From: the human T2T-CHM13v2.0 reference genome, Homo sapiens
Direction of reading: 5' to 3'
Assembly (NCBI GenBank): GCA_009914755.4
Contig: CP068257.2
Span: 17,440,001 to 17,504,000 of the forward strand
DNA: 64,000 nt
Part shown: positions 1 through 13,714 of the stretch, in pieces
Layout of the letters: every line of letters starts with the position of its first letter
Position numbering within the stretch: position 1 is the first letter of the stretch
Translations under genes and position numbers: made by a program
The notes under the pieces: generated by a model
What the model saw: the letters and a program-made list of their open reading frames with translations, nothing else
Databases searched by the model: none
What the model was told of the DNA's origin: nothing

Positions 1-394
1 AAGAAATAACGGAGACTGGGTAATTTATAAAGAGAAGAGATTTAATTGACTCATGGTTCTGAATGCTGTACAGAAAGCATAGTGACTTCCGCTGTTGGGG
101 AGGCCTGGGGAAGCTTCTGATCATGGCAGAAGGCAAGGGGGAGCAAGGCATCTTTCATGTCAGGAAGAAGAACAAGAAAGAGAGAGAGAGGGAAGAGGTG
201 CTACACACTTTTAAACAACCAGATGTCATGAGAACTCACTCATTCATTATCACAAGAACAGCACCAAGGGAATGGTGTCAAACCATTCATGAGAAATATG
301 CCCCCATAATCCAATCGCTTCCCACCAGGCCACACCTCCAAAATCGGGGATTACAATTCGACATAAGATTTGGGTGGGAACACAAATCATATCA
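1..394 (-). mobile_element. THE1/MST-family ERVL-MaLR solo LTR, cut by the window edge
   Basis: The reverse complement matches the THE1 LTR consensus ('gactgggtaatttataaag...', '...catggcagaaggcaa...', '...gattacaattcgacataagatttgggtgggaacacaaatcatatca'). ORF 63..452 lies wholly inside it. Confidence 0.8.
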
Positions 395-605
395 GGGTTG
401 GATCCCTCAGGGCTTGGTGCTGACTTCAAAGACAGTAAATGACAAAGGATAAATGCTTGATGGAATGGATACCCCATTTTCCATGATGTGCTTATTTCAC
501 ATTGCATGCTTGTCTCAAAACATTACATGTATTCCATAAATATATACAGCTACTATGTACTCACAAAAATTAAAAATCAGAAAAAGAAGAAAAGAAGAAA
601 AAAAG
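395..605 (+). mobile_element. Possible ancient L1 (L1M-type) 3' end remnant with an A-rich tail
   Basis: Weak similarity to L1 3' UTR terminal motifs ('...acatgtattcc...aaaaattaaaaat'), followed by an A-rich run at 566-605. The THE1 LTR abuts it, mirroring the clearer case at 59.2 kb. Confidence 0.3.
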
Positions 606-639
606 ATAGTGATTTCTCACAAGATCTGGCCTTTTAACA

Positions 640-892
640 GTGTGTGGCTCCTCCTCCCCCACAACTTTCTCTCTCTTTCTCCTGCTTCTTCAATGTGACG
701 TGCCTGCTCTTGCTTCACCTTCCACCATGACTGTAACCTTCCTGGGGCCTCCCAAGAAGCTGAGAAAATGCCAGTATCATTCTTTCTGCAAAGCCTACCA
801 AACTGTGAGCCAATTAAATCTTTTTTCTTTATAAATTAACCAGTATCAGGTATTTATGCAATGCAAGAATAGCCTAATACAATAATTATTTT
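640..892 (+). mobile_element. MaLR (MST/MLT1-type) LTR, 3' portion
   Basis: Contains 'cttcaccttccaccatgactgtaa...gcctcccaagaagctgag...ctgtgagccaattaaatcttttttctttataaattaaccagtatcaggtatt...gcctaatacaa', the typical MaLR LTR 3' end. Confidence 0.7.
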
Positions 893-1530
893 ACAAAAGC
901 TTGTTTGTTGTAGGATCTATCAAATAGGCTAATAAATCCTGTAGGTACTTCTGGCCTGGTTGTCATAAACGTTAGCAATGTCATTATCGGTATATTCTTT
1001 GTTATCGAATCAACAGATATATCTCAGAAGATATTAGAATAAAGGTAATAAACAGAAATAGGCTGAAGTGTTCCTCCCAGGAGAATATTACAATGTGTCA
1101 AAATAAACATAATGATATTCTGAAATAGGGGTCCCATTCTAGCTTCAGCTACAGATGTTAACCTTTCTAGGGACATGTTCTAAACATTCCTACTCCAAAC
1201 AAAGCAGAGAGATGGGAAGAGAATTTTTTTTTAGATAGAAAAGATGTAGTATCATGTAGCCATTTGTGCTCACCAGCTCCAAATTAGACCTCTCTGACAT
1301 TGGTAATGAGGGCTCACATAAAGAGATAGATATGAAGAACTGAGTGATTCATGCTACACTACTGACGGTAGTAAACCTTCTGGCAAAGAAGCAGTATCCA
1401 GAATTTGGGGAATATAAAATTTGGAAAAATAGAATCCATCAGTTCATCCTTTCAAGCCACACTGAATTCTTCTGTTTCTGAGTAACTGCCCTACTAAAGA
1501 AGATTTCAGAATTAAATATAACACTGCTGA

Positions 1531-1844
<314 letters not shown>

Positions 1845-2377
1845 AACATCCCAATTTTATTCTGCCTCAACACAAAGTAATTTGCTCTCATGTGTTCTTT
1901 TCTGTACTGTTATTCTCTTGCCAATGTGTAGATTTTCACCACTGAAGTCACCTTTCTACTCTTCTACTCTTCCCTCCAACTAAAAAACTCCTCAATTAGC
2001 TCAGGCTCATCTCCTAAAATTTCTTCTCCTGTCTTAATTTAAATTTGATAATAATCTAGTAATAAAGTGTTTCCTGTTATATTTTTGCTAAAGACTGCTT
2101 TTCATTTTATTTTATAAGGAATTCAATATTGAAGGCATTTTGGGGTTTTCTTTGCTTTAAAATGTCCCCATTTCTTCAATAATTAAAATAACACTATACA
2201 CAAACAGTATATCCTTTGAGATTCTTGTGTCCAGCTTCATCTTAATTTGCCCTCACCTCACTTTACCTATCTGCTCACCAAAGTGTCTCAATTATTTATT
2301 ATTTTGCCTCTTAACTTATACACTCCGATGTTACTCTTGCCATTGTTATAGATACATTCACCATTCAACAGAGTCAC

Positions 2378-2715
2378 TGTATTAGTTTTCTCGCTGTTGA
2401 CAAAGACATACCCAAGACTAGGCGATTTACAAAAGAAAGAGGTTTAACCAGACTTACAGTTCCGCGTAGCTGGGAAAGCCTCACATAGCAGAAGGCAAGG
2501 AGGAACAAGTCACATCTTAACATGGATGGCAGCAGGCAAAGAGAGAGCTTGCGTAGGGGAATTCCTCTTTTTAACACCATTAGATCTCAGGAGACTTACT
2601 ATCATGAGAACAGCATGGGAAAGATTTTGCCCTCATGATTTAGTTACCTCTGACTGGGTCCCTCCCACAACACATGAGAATTCAAGATGAAATTTGGGTG
2701 GGCCTTCAAAGACTA
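2378..2715 (-). mobile_element. THE1/MST-like MaLR solo LTR, diverged
   Basis: Starts 'tgtattagttttctcgctgttgacaaagacatacccaagactaggcgatttacaaaagaaagaggtttaacc' (antisense LTR 5' end) and ends '...attcaagatgaaatttgggtgg'. ORF 2374..2580 lies inside it. Confidence 0.7.
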
Positions 2716-3772
2716 TTTCCTCCATAGCTTCTCCTTAATAAATAAAATCTTATATTTTTAAAATACCAGACTAAAAACTTTGAAGTCGTCTTAGATTCTG
2801 CTGTTACTTTCATACTACACAGGCAGTTCCACAGCAAATGATGCTGGTTTTGCTTTCAATAATGTATCTACAATACAGCCAGTACTTATCTTGTATATAC
2901 TAGTTGAAATCACCATGATCTTATGCTTAGATTATTGCATTAGGGCCCTTACTGGTTTTATTTTACTTCCACCCTACAGTTTAGTGTATCTCAAAAGAGG
3001 TATCCAAATACTTTCTTTAAAATAAATATTGCATTATGTCACTTCTCTGATCAAGACCTACCAAGGACTTCCTATTCATTGAAAGGAAAATCTAAATTTT
3101 GTAAAATACCTACTAGCTTTTACATAATTTATATAAATACATACACACTTTATGATCTGGCCTCAAGGCTGTCAGGTGCAGAACATAAATTGTGTAGTAC
3201 ACAATATAAAATGAACCAGCAGACCGAATCTTTATAACCATACACGGCAATCTTATATCTTGTTATGTCCTTTTCCCTATTTGTTTTTAAAGTTCAGCAA
3301 TGCATGCCCTCTTGATTTTCCTCAAAATCATTGGAACCTCCTCCTCAAGTGATTTACATTTTGTTCCTTCTGCTAAAAAATGAATGCTCTTACTTAAGTT
3401 AACTATATGATTTGCCCCTTTGGTTTCTTCATATCTTTGCTCAAATGCTACCTTATTACACAAGCCTTTCTTGACCACTATGAATAAAATGACAACACTG
3501 CCTGGCTCACTCGACCCCCTGAATCAATTCTGGAATTGTTTGCATTGACATTCTCTTTTGTTCTGTAGTTTATGTCTAGAAAGCTGATCCCTGCAGGCTC
3601 TGTTTTCCAGATTCCTGGGCTAGCTGGGTTCAGTTGGGTTTGTTTCATGACAGGGACCAACAGGATTTTTGGAGACCAGAAAAATAAGAGAGGCCAAGTT
3701 AATCTTTTTCTCTCTTTATCATAGTGAGTCTTTCTAGCAGACATTGACTTCATTGACTTCTCTGTGTGGCTG

Positions 3773-4270
3773 TCTTAGTCCACCTTGTGCTGCTTTTAAG
3801 AAATACCTGATTGCAGAGAGCCGAGATGGCCCCACTGCACTCCAGCCTGGGTGAAAGAGCGAGACTTCATCTCCAAAAAAAAAAAAAGGACCTGAGGTGG
3901 CATAATTTATAGAGAAAAGAGGTTTATTTGGCTCGTGGTTCAGTATGCTCTACAGGAGATGTGACACTAGCTTCTGCTTCTGGGGAGGCCCACGGAAGCT
4001 TTCACTCATGGCAGAAAGCAAAGGGGAAGAGGAATCACACGGTGAGAGGAAGGAAGCAAAGATGGGGGTAAGAGGTGCCAGGCTGTTTTTAGCTGTCTCT
4101 AACAATCAGTTCTTGTGGGAACTAATAGAGCAAGAACTCACTCATTATCAGGCACAAAGCCATTCATAAGGGATTCACCTCTACAACCCAAACACCATTC
4201 ACTAAGCTCCACCTCCAACATTAGGAATCAAATTTCAACATAAGATTCGGAAGAAACAAATATTCAAATG
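3773..4270 (-). mobile_element. MaLR (MST/MLT1-like) LTR interrupted by a nested Alu fragment
   Basis: 'gtcttagtccaccttgtgctgcttttaagaaatacctga' resumes after the Alu fragment as 'acctgaggtggcataatttatagagaaaagaggtttatttggctc...catggcagaaagcaaagggg...' and runs to '...aacataagattcgg'. ORF 3945..4169 lies inside it. Confidence 0.6.
3816..3885 (+). mobile_element. Severely 5'-truncated Alu 3' fragment nested in the MaLR LTR
   Basis: 'gagccgagatggccccactgcactccagcctgggtgaaagagcgagacttcatctccaaaaaaaaaaaaagg', flanked by an 'acctga' duplication of the host LTR. Confidence 0.7.
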
Positions 4271-4638
4271 ATGTTAGTGGTTTTTAGCCAGACCCAACGA
4301 TGGATTTATCTTTCACTGGGTATAAAGTCTTAATAATGACCTTAAATAATAACCTGGAGCCCATGAATGTTAGCTTTTAAAGCAAAAGGGACTCTGCATG
4401 TATGATCAAGTTAAGAATCTTGAGTGGCAGAGAGCTTGGGTGACTTTTGCCCTAGTTATGTGGAAAACAGAACTTGTAAGCAATAAACTTGTATATTTAG
4501 TTTAGACGATTTATAAGTAAAATGTTGAAGTTGCAGCCTTGCTTCTTTTTGCTGCTTATAGTAAAATGTTAAAGGAAAAAGATAAATTGAAGAAAGAACA
4601 GTTAAACAAAAATAAACCAGAACTTGATGACCTGAGAA

Positions 4639-4934
4639 ATTCTTTTATTTATTTCTTTACTTTTTGAAACAGAGTCTCACTCCATTGCCCAGGCTGGAGT
4701 TCAGTAGTGCTATCTCAGCTCACTGCAAACCTCCACCTCCTTCCTGCCTCAGCCTCCTGAATAGCTGGGATTAGAGGAACATGCCACCACGTCTAGCTGA
4801 TTTTTCTGTGTTTTTAGTAGAGACAGGATTTCACCATGTTGGCCAGGCTGGTTTCAAAGTCTTAACCTCAGGCTACCTGCCATCTTGACCTCCTAAAGTG
4901 TTGGGATTACAGGCGTAAGCCACCATGCTTGGCC
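4639..4934 (-). mobile_element. Alu SINE, antisense
   Basis: T-rich head, then 'gaaacagagtctcactccattgcccaggctggagttcagtag...' to '...ggcgtaagccaccatgcttggcc'. The flanking 'agaaattc' is duplicated as a target-site duplication. Confidence 0.9.
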
Positions 4935-5789
4935 AAGAAATTCGAATACTATCCAACTTTCAAAAGACGCTAAAATTAGGAGATTCAATATCCAAAAAGC
5001 ATGCTTAAAAGGAAAATTCAAGGATGTCACCAAACAACTTTTGAATAGTGCTTCACAGTATTAAAAGATCATAATCTACATTCACACAGAGGGCTCTTTA
5101 AAGACATTAAGAATATGATTCATGAGTTCTTTCAACTATCCTAGGAGAAACCAGAAATAAAGATGGTATTATCCAGGAAACATCTTGGGAGGACACTCCT
5201 GTTTAATGGAATAAATCCCCATGACTTACACAGGAGATCCACGATGTACTTGAGATGTTATGTTGGCAGAAACACTGCCAGTTAGCCCTGAAAAAAATAA
5301 AGAAAGGAAACAAAATAAAGAAAGACAGGCTGTCAGACTCCCAAATTTCCATAAGCAGGAAAGAGGGATAAAACGTCTCAGCAGTAAACATGTGCACCTT
5401 TCAAGGGAAAAGGAGGATAATTCATGAGCAGAGCCTCAAGATCAGAGGGTAGATCCTGGAACCAGAGAATGCAGGTGTGGGTCTAGAGAATGGAGCCAAA
5501 ATCCACAGAGGTTTGCTACCAGGTCTTGAAACCTAATGGACTCTACTAAACAGTAGGATTTCAAAATTACTTAGGACTGGAGTCTCCTTTCTTCTTTTAG
5601 TTTTCTGTCATTTATAATGGGAATGTCTATAATTATTATCTGATGCCTGTTTCTCCATTGTATTTTAGGGATACATTATTTGCCTTCTCATTTCCCAAGT
5701 CCACAAATGGAAAAAGGATTTTGCTCTAGGATGGATGATTTAGATAATGAGAGTTAGGACTGTTGAGCTAATAACATTTATGTAAGATT

Positions 5790-6395
5790 TTGGACTTGAA
5801 TGATAATGTAATAGGTTAAGATATTTGGTGATATTGGGATGGGGTGATTGCATTTTGAATGTGAAATAAACATTAGTCTTTGGACACTAGAGGGAAGACT
5901 ATGGTAGAATGAAAAATGGCTACTCAAAATAACTCGGGTCTTAATTCCTGGAACCTGTAAATGTCAGCAATATGGCAGGACTTTGCACATGAAACTAAGG
6001 TGATAATCTTGAGACAGAGAGATCATTTTCAATTATTTGGATGGGCCCTAAATCACAAGTGTCCTTGTAGGAGAGAGGCTGAATGGATATTTTTCTACAG
6101 AAGAGGGAGGCGATATGATAACTGAAACAAGATGCTAGTTGAGGTTTTGAAGATGGAGAAAGGGATTGCCAGTCAAAGAATGTAGCTCTAGAAACTGGAA
6201 GAGGCAAGAATATGAATATTCTCTTAGAACCCCTGGAAGGATTATGGCACTGCCATAACCTTGATTTAGATCTAATGAAACTGATTTGAGACTTCTTACT
6301 CCAGAATTGTAAAATAATGAATGTTTGTTGTATTAAGCCAATAAGTTTTCCATAATTTGTTACAGCCAAACATGGGAACAAGTACATTGGGTAAA
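5790..6395 (+). mobile_element. MLT1-type ERVL-MaLR LTR
   Basis: 'gggatggggtgattgcattttgaatgtgaaataaac...ggatgggccctaaatcacaagtgtccttgtaggagag...tgtttgttgtattaagccaataagttttccataatttgttacagcc' matches the MLT1 architecture and its terminal motif. Confidence 0.6.
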
Positions 6396-7366
6396 CTTGG
6401 CTGTTCAGCTGTGGTAATTCCCCTTGCTCCTTTTGTCCCTATGGCCTTGCTGCTATAAAAACTCTTGGTGGCATCACAGTGTTCTATTTAGGCTCCCATC
6501 CCTTCCACCAGTTGTGTTATCAATTCGCTACATTAAATTCCCTCTTTTAAAAAAAATTAGACTTTTTTCTTCTAGTTTACATCCTGCATAATATACTTAT
6601 TCCCTTACCTTATTATTTTCTATAGCAGTTATTTATTTGATATGTCACCAGGTTGAATGGGCTACCTAAATGAATATTGAAATGACTTGGAATGATCATT
6701 GGAGTAAGAGTAAGTCAGAAGATTCTAAACTGGTTACATCATTTGAGACCACCAACAAGGGTCCAGTATCAGATGTAAGTAGAAAGGAAATAGATTGTCT
6801 GAGAGCATGCATCATTTGTGAGATAATTTAAATACAGGTGGTAAAAGAATAAGGTCTTGATATGATAGTGGAGAAAAGGAGAGTACCTAACCTCAGTCGA
6901 TGACTCCTTCTCCCTAGTACAAACGAATAGTTTAATGGGCACCTAGAAAATGGTGGAGGGGAACCAGGATAAAAATAGCATAGTCAAAATAAGTAGACTT
7001 CATTTAAGGCTGTTATTTGAAGTTCTCTGAAATAGTTGTGAGTGTTGGCTTGCAATACAAAGGGAGCTTAGCAAGCACTGTGGATAGCACTTGTAAATAG
7101 GAAAACAATGAAAACCTGAGTATGAAAAAGTTTTAGGATGTTTTTAAAAATATCTTTTTTAAAAACATAAATTCTGTGAATGTTGAAAGTTAGAAGCTAA
7201 TATCTAAGGAGTATTTATTTTATTCCAAGCTAAATTATTGTTTCATTTATATCATCTCAATTACTTCATTATGCTTTAAGAAGTAAATAGTGCTGTTACT
7301 CCCATACTGCAGTGTGAAAATTGAGGTAAGAGAGTGAGTTAACTTGTCCAGAATGACAGATTGTAA

Positions 7367-7413
7367 GTGGAGTGGACTTATCAGTGGAGTCGACTTATCA
7401 GTGGAGTCAGATA
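7367..7413. repeat. Tandem repeat, about 17 bp x 2.7
   Basis: 'gtggagtggacttatca gtggagtcgacttatca gtggagtcagata'. Confidence 0.8.
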
Positions 7414-8524
7414 TTTTACATTTTCTTTTTTTCCTTAGAGACAACCTAGACAACCACACTGATGTATTGTCCCCTCACTTATCCCTTCTATCTATATCCA
7501 TATAAGAGTTAATAACATCTGGAGGACCTTTGTAGGAATTTAATAAATGTTTGTTATTTATGAGTGTTTTAGTTCCTTTGATGAAGAGACCACATACATA
7601 CATGAAAGTTATTAACAGCAAAATATTGATGTAAGCATTATCATACCATCAGAGCCACTCACAAGGAACATAATTAAGAGAATTATCTGATATTCATCCA
7701 GAGGTCTAGTGATTCCTTATGCTTATTTATTATGTTTATTTTGCCATGATGTGATTTAAAATGCAACCATAGTGCTGCTGTAATGTCTCTGTTCAGCCAT
7801 GCTTCTAGAAACTCTCCTTACACTTCTCATCTATTTTATTTGCCAAGCAGTAAGCAGTTTATGTAATGCATGGAGGCACCTGACCTGCAAAACGATTAAC
7901 ATTTACTCTCTGGATGACCAATTCAGGTACAGTAATTAGAAAAGTAACAAGGTCAAAAGGAAATCCATTTATTGTTTCCGCATTTGAACTTTGTAAAATG
8001 CTTCAAATGATATATATTATTTGAAACATATACATAAACTAAATCACACTAAAGTGTATTTTTATAAGCAATATCTGCACATGAGCATGTATTAAATAAA
8101 ATATTGAGTGTTCTTAATTCTGCAAAATGAGAGGCCATAGTTAGTGAATAACTTTTTATTACCCAATATCTTCCCAGTCAAGTAGCTCAATTTTAAACAA
8201 AAACTTCCATAATTTTAGATGCCTTCAGAAAACGATTGTATTTTATGTCACAGAACATACATAGAGACTAGTTAGAATACATGTGTAGAGTAAGTATTTA
8301 TGAAACAACTAATCTCTTTCAATACTTGTTATAAAACTTAAGCTTCTCATGAATCCATTTTGTATCCCAAATAACTGAATAGGGCTAGCAAGAATCCTGA
8401 AATAAAGAGTGTTACAGCAAACAGCTATTGGGACCATTAACAGCAACAAAGTTAATGACATAATGCACTAAAGTTCTTAGGCTTAATTTAGTTTAAATTT
8501 CTAATACATTAATCTAAATATATA

Positions 8525-8880
8525 AGATGCTTCTTGACTTACGGTGGAATTACATTTGGATTAATTTATTATGAGTTGAAAATGTTGTAAGTTGAAAATG
8601 CACTTAATGTGCCTAACCCACTGAACACCAAAGTGTAGCCTAGCCTATCATAAATGTACTCAGAATGCTTACATTAGCCTACAGCTGGCAAAATCACCTG
8701 GTAACACAGTACACTGTAGAATATTATTGTGAGGCTGACTAGAGCTTTGGCTCACTACCACCGCTCAGCATTACTAGAATATCAGATCACTTTATGCTGA
8801 AGGCTTATCACTTTTACAACCATTAGGAAGTTGAAAAATTTTGAGTCAAACCATTGTAAGTTGAGGACAAAGTATAGGTG
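8525..8880. mobile_element. Tigger-like (TcMar) non-autonomous DNA transposon (MITE)
   Basis: The termini 'cttgacttacggtggaat...' and '...accattgtaagttgaggacaaagtat' are inverted repeats of the Tigger-type 'gacttacgatggt' motif. The internal '...gtgtagcctagcctatc...agcctacagctggcaaaatcacc...' is like Tigger-family MITEs. Confidence 0.5.
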
Positions 8881-10189
8881 ACAAAATATGATATTTTAAA
8901 CAACTTCAATGTTAGAAACAATAACGATAATATCCTATATAGCTTCAATGTTAGAAGATTTTTTTTTGCCTCAATATAGGTGTCATGTGAAGATGTGTTT
9001 GGCTAAAACAACTTATTCAAATATGGAATACTTTTACAATAAACTTTAATACGTACATTAAAAAGAGTAAAAGTTAAATATGATGTGTAATAGTTAATTT
9101 TATATCAATTTGCTGGATTATTTTACCCAGTTATTTAATCAAACAATAATTTGTGAAAGTATTTTATAGATGTGATTAACGTATACAATCTGTTGACTTT
9201 AAGTAAATGAGATTACTCTTGATAATATGAGTAGGACTCATTCAATTATTTGAGGATCCTACAAGCAAAAATTGAGCTTTCCCTGAGAAGAAAAAATATA
9301 CTGCTTTAAGACCGTATCATCAACTCCTGCCTGAGTTGACGAGCTGCTGGCTTGCCCTACAGATTTCCGACTTGTAAGCCCCAACGATTGTGTGAGCCAA
9401 TTTCTTAAAATAAATTTCTTTATGTTGATCTATATCTATATTCAAATCTAAATCTGTACATCTATTTCTTGTTGTTTCTGTGGAGCCCCGTAACTGATAT
9501 TGATTTTGGTACCAGGAAGTGAGATGCTGCTAAAACAAATACCTAATACTATGCAAATGGTCTTGGAATTCACTAACGGGTAAAGGCTGGAGGAGTTTTT
9601 AGATGTGTGATGTAAAAACCTGGGTTGCCTCAATGAGGCTGTTAGAAATTCGAATAAGGAGATCCTGGTAAGGACTTAAAAAAAGAAGTGAATAAAGTTG
9701 TAGAGAAAGCTTCTATCATCTTCAAGAATATATATATCATCACGGACAGAATATTGGTAGAAAAATAAATGTTAAAGGCGTTTCTGGTGAAGTCTCACAT
9801 AGAAATGAAGATAATATTAATAAACACTTGAGGAAAGTGACCCTTGTTAATGAGTAGTGGAAAAATTGACTAGATCGTGTTCTAATATTGGATGTAAGAA
9901 ATGAGTTTTTATGTTTGGCGGAGGTGATTTCCATGCAAATTATAGAAGGTGTGTCTTAGTTTCTCCTTGCTTCTTATATTAAAATGCAAGGTGAAAGAAA
10001 TACACTAAGAAGAAAATGCTAAGCAAAAAGTAACCAGAACATGATCATTTGAAAAATTCTCAGCCTATATTGCAAATGGCGTTACAGTGTGCTCTTGAGG
10101 AAACACCTATGGATGGCTAGACAAACTTTTACTGGAGAGATTAGGTGTGTGACTTACGTGCAATGGTTTAGATATGGTATGTTTGCCCT

Positions 10190-10600
10190 CAGCAGAACTC
10201 ATGTTGAAATTTGATTTTTAATATGGTGGTGTTGAGAGGTGAAGCCTATTGGGAGGCGTTTCGGTTATTGGGGCAGATTCCTAATGAATACCTTGCTTCT
10301 GTTTTTGCAGTAATTAGTTCTCACTCTCATGAGACTAGATTTATTCTCACAGGCATGGATTTGTTCCCACAAGAGTACATTATCATAAAGCCAGGGCGTC
10401 CTTTAGGCTTTCCTTTTTTAAGTGTTCACTTCCCCTTTGATCTTTGTCATGTGGTGACACAGTACAGAAACCCTTGGCAGAAGCCAGGTACATGCCCTTG
10501 AATAGCTCAGCCTGAAGAACTGTGAGCTAAATAAACCTCTTTTCTTTATAAATTACCCAGTGCCAGGTATTCTTTTATAGCAACGCAACATAAACTGGGA
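10190..10600 (+). mobile_element. MST-type MaLR solo LTR
   Basis: '...catgttgaaatttgatttttaatatggtggtgttgagaggtgaagcctattgggaggcgtttcggttattgggg...' through '...ctgtgagctaaataaacctcttttctttataaattacccagtgccaggtattcttttatagcaacgcaacataaactgg'. ORF 10211..10501 lies inside it. Confidence 0.7.
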
Positions 10601-10854
10601 CACACATGTATTCAATAAACAATCTCATCAGAAGCTAGGAGTATAGCTGAGGTCATCCAGGAAGGATCTATGGAGAATCTTTGTATCTAACAACATGGAT
10701 CCCCTTGACATATAGAGATAACCCACAGGGTTTTAAGAATGTTATACCAATTAAAAAACTGCCAAATTGGACTAAAGAAGACAGATATGGGATAAAATGA
10801 AAGAAAGACTCTGAGACTCTGAGGGTTCTACTGGTAGAAAATGGACTGAGAGGG

Positions 10855-11400
10855 CTACTTGGTTTTGAACATATGTTCCCATTTTAGGGGATGTTGGGAT
10901 GGGGTGAAGGTATTTTGCACATGGGACAGAGATGAATTTTGGAAAAAGCATAGTGTACTGGAATGCATAGTGTCCCCCAAACTTAATATGGCCCTCCAAA
11001 GTTTATGTCTACCCAAAGCCTCAGAATGTGACCTTGTTTAAAAATCAGGTCGCTATGGATATAATTGGTTAAGATGAGGCTATACTGGATTAGAGCAGGC
11101 CCTGAATCTACTCAGGCAATCTTATAAGGAGGGGGAGCTTAGGAAACCATGTGAATGTGGAGTCAGAGACTGGACTGATCTATAAGCCAAGGAATTCCAA
11201 AGATTGCTGAAAATCACTAGAAATTAGAAGAGAGGCATGGAACAGATTCTCCCTCAGAGTCTCCAGATGAAACTGCCACTACTGACACCTTGATTTCATA
11301 GTTTTGACTTCCTGAGTGAGAGAGAAAAATGTGTGTTGTTTTAAGTCACCCAGTTGGTGATATTTTATTATAGCAGCCTTAAGAAACTAATAGATCACGA
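10855..11400 (+). mobile_element. MLT1-type MaLR LTR
   Basis: '...gtgaccttgtttaaaaatcaggtcgctatggatataattggttaagatgaggctatactggattagagcaggccctgaatc...ccaaggaattccaaagattgctgaaaatcactagaaattagaagagaggc...tgtgttgttttaagtcacccagttggtgatattttattatagcagccttaagaaactaatag'. ORFs 10772..10999 and 10859..11041 lie inside it. Confidence 0.6.
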
Positions 11401-13057
11401 TAAAAATTATTTGAAATTAGAGTCCATAATCAATACATTCATCATCAGATGCTTTCTTAGGTAAAAGAAAAATGAAAATACATTTCTTGTATTTTCTAAA
11501 TCTTGTGCCTGAGAAAGATCAAAAAGCATGAATAACAAAAATTAAGATTGTTAGTATTTTCACGTTCAATGAAAACAAATATATTAAAATAATAAAACAG
11601 TGGTAAATGATCATGTCAATTTATTACATTTTGATAAAAACACCTGTTTACTTTGAATAGAAGTAAGTCAACATGATGTCTTTAAACATTTCCACCTAAA
11701 CTGCTTTTTACCTATAATCAATCTTTTAAAATGTAAATATGTTTTGATTTTAGATCTTATCAGTTTGCTTGAGGCACAGATGTCAAAATGAGATATTTTT
11801 TAAATGAATGATCATGAGGAATTTTAGCTGTATTTTTCAAAAAGCATAATTTGAGTCTGGCAATAAACTTAACCTTAATTAGAATAGCTATTACACTAGT
11901 GATAGAAATAATTACTGATATCAGAATGTAATATATTCAGTAGGATGTAAGGTCCCCTTAGTATTTTGATAGCTAAAGAAGCATTGAGGCCATATTTTCT
12001 ATTAAAATAAATGCAACTTATTAAATATATGATTCAAAACATTTTGCATTTGTCTCTCGGTATGAAAAAGAGGCACATTTCATTATCAAATGTTCTTTTT
12101 ATCTTTTCCAATTACCCTGCAGCATTAAGAAAACACATTTTCCCACATTTAATTAAAGTTACGCATGATCAGCTTTAACTGGTAAGCACAAATAAACCTT
12201 TGTAACTTCTATGCTATTCAGTTCATCTACAAATATCCAGTCTCTAAAGTATCTTGTTGCTGATAATAGGCTGTTAAAATCAATTACTACAATCTATGAG
12301 GTGATCTAGACTAATTTTTTCTTATATATATGTACTAAATTCAACTTGCAATAATTCCACCCAACGTAACAATATTTTACATTTTTTATGCATCACTTTC
12401 TAAAACAGAAGAGGCATACTTTGACCTTAAAATTTAATTCTATGTTGTGGAATTTTTAAAATATAAATTTCAGAGTTTACTCTCATATTCACTGTTAAGA
12501 AAATACTAACTTATTAACCATTTACTATACCCCACACTCTGTTTTGTGCAGATAACTTAAGTAATGTAAATCCACAGTCAAAAAAATCAATATAAAAGAT
12601 AGTCATGCCTGTTACGTTACAAATGAGATAAATATATGTATGATATAATGTTTTGAGAGCTGATAAGAGTTAGAAATGTATCAGGTGAGTTAGAAATGAT
12701 TACATAAAAGAGAGATTGAATTAAAATATTTGAAGTCAAAAAGGATTCCAGACAATGACTACCACCTTAACATAAACAACAGATGAGGATAGCTTGGACC
12801 AGTGTAGGTGATGAAAACAGGTTTGATTCTGGATATATTCTGAAGTTTGAAGTAACAGGAAATGCTGGTAGAACACACGTGGATTTCTGTGAGAATGTTT
12901 TTTATTTTTTTGCTTTAAAATATTTTGACTTCTACTGAAAGTGGAAATGCTTTGGAAGAGATGGGAATGGGGAAATCTTTGTGTACATATTAAATTTTGA
13001 ATACTTATTAGTCATCCAGGTTGAGACAAAGAATAGACAGTACATTTATGAGTCTGA

Positions 13058-13391
<334 letters not shown>

Positions 13392-13714
13392 ATCAGCTTT
13401 TAAGCAATATTTAAAGCCATGGAAATAAAGGAGATCACCAAAAAATGATTCTAAATCATGATTTCTCAATGTTGGCAATATTGCTATGGAAGGGTGGATA
13501 ACTCTTTGTTTTAGAAGGCTGTCTTATGCAGCATTCCAGGCCTCTACCCACGATATGCCAGCAGTGGTAACCCAAAATGTCACCAGACATTGCCAAATGT
13601 CCCATGGGAGAACAGTCATCTCCAGTTGAGACCACTGACTGCTCTAGAATAGAAAAAAAGAAGCTCCAGGACTAACTTTTAGGATTCTCCAATGTTTAGA
13701 AGTTAAGGAGAACA

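Noticed and set aside
63-452. 129-aa ORF 'MLYRKHSDFRCWGGLGKLLIMAEGKGEQ...'
   Set aside because: It lies entirely within the antisense THE1 LTR. Homologous pseudo-ORFs recur at 3945..4169 and in other MaLR copies. It is a repeat-derived frame and not a gene.
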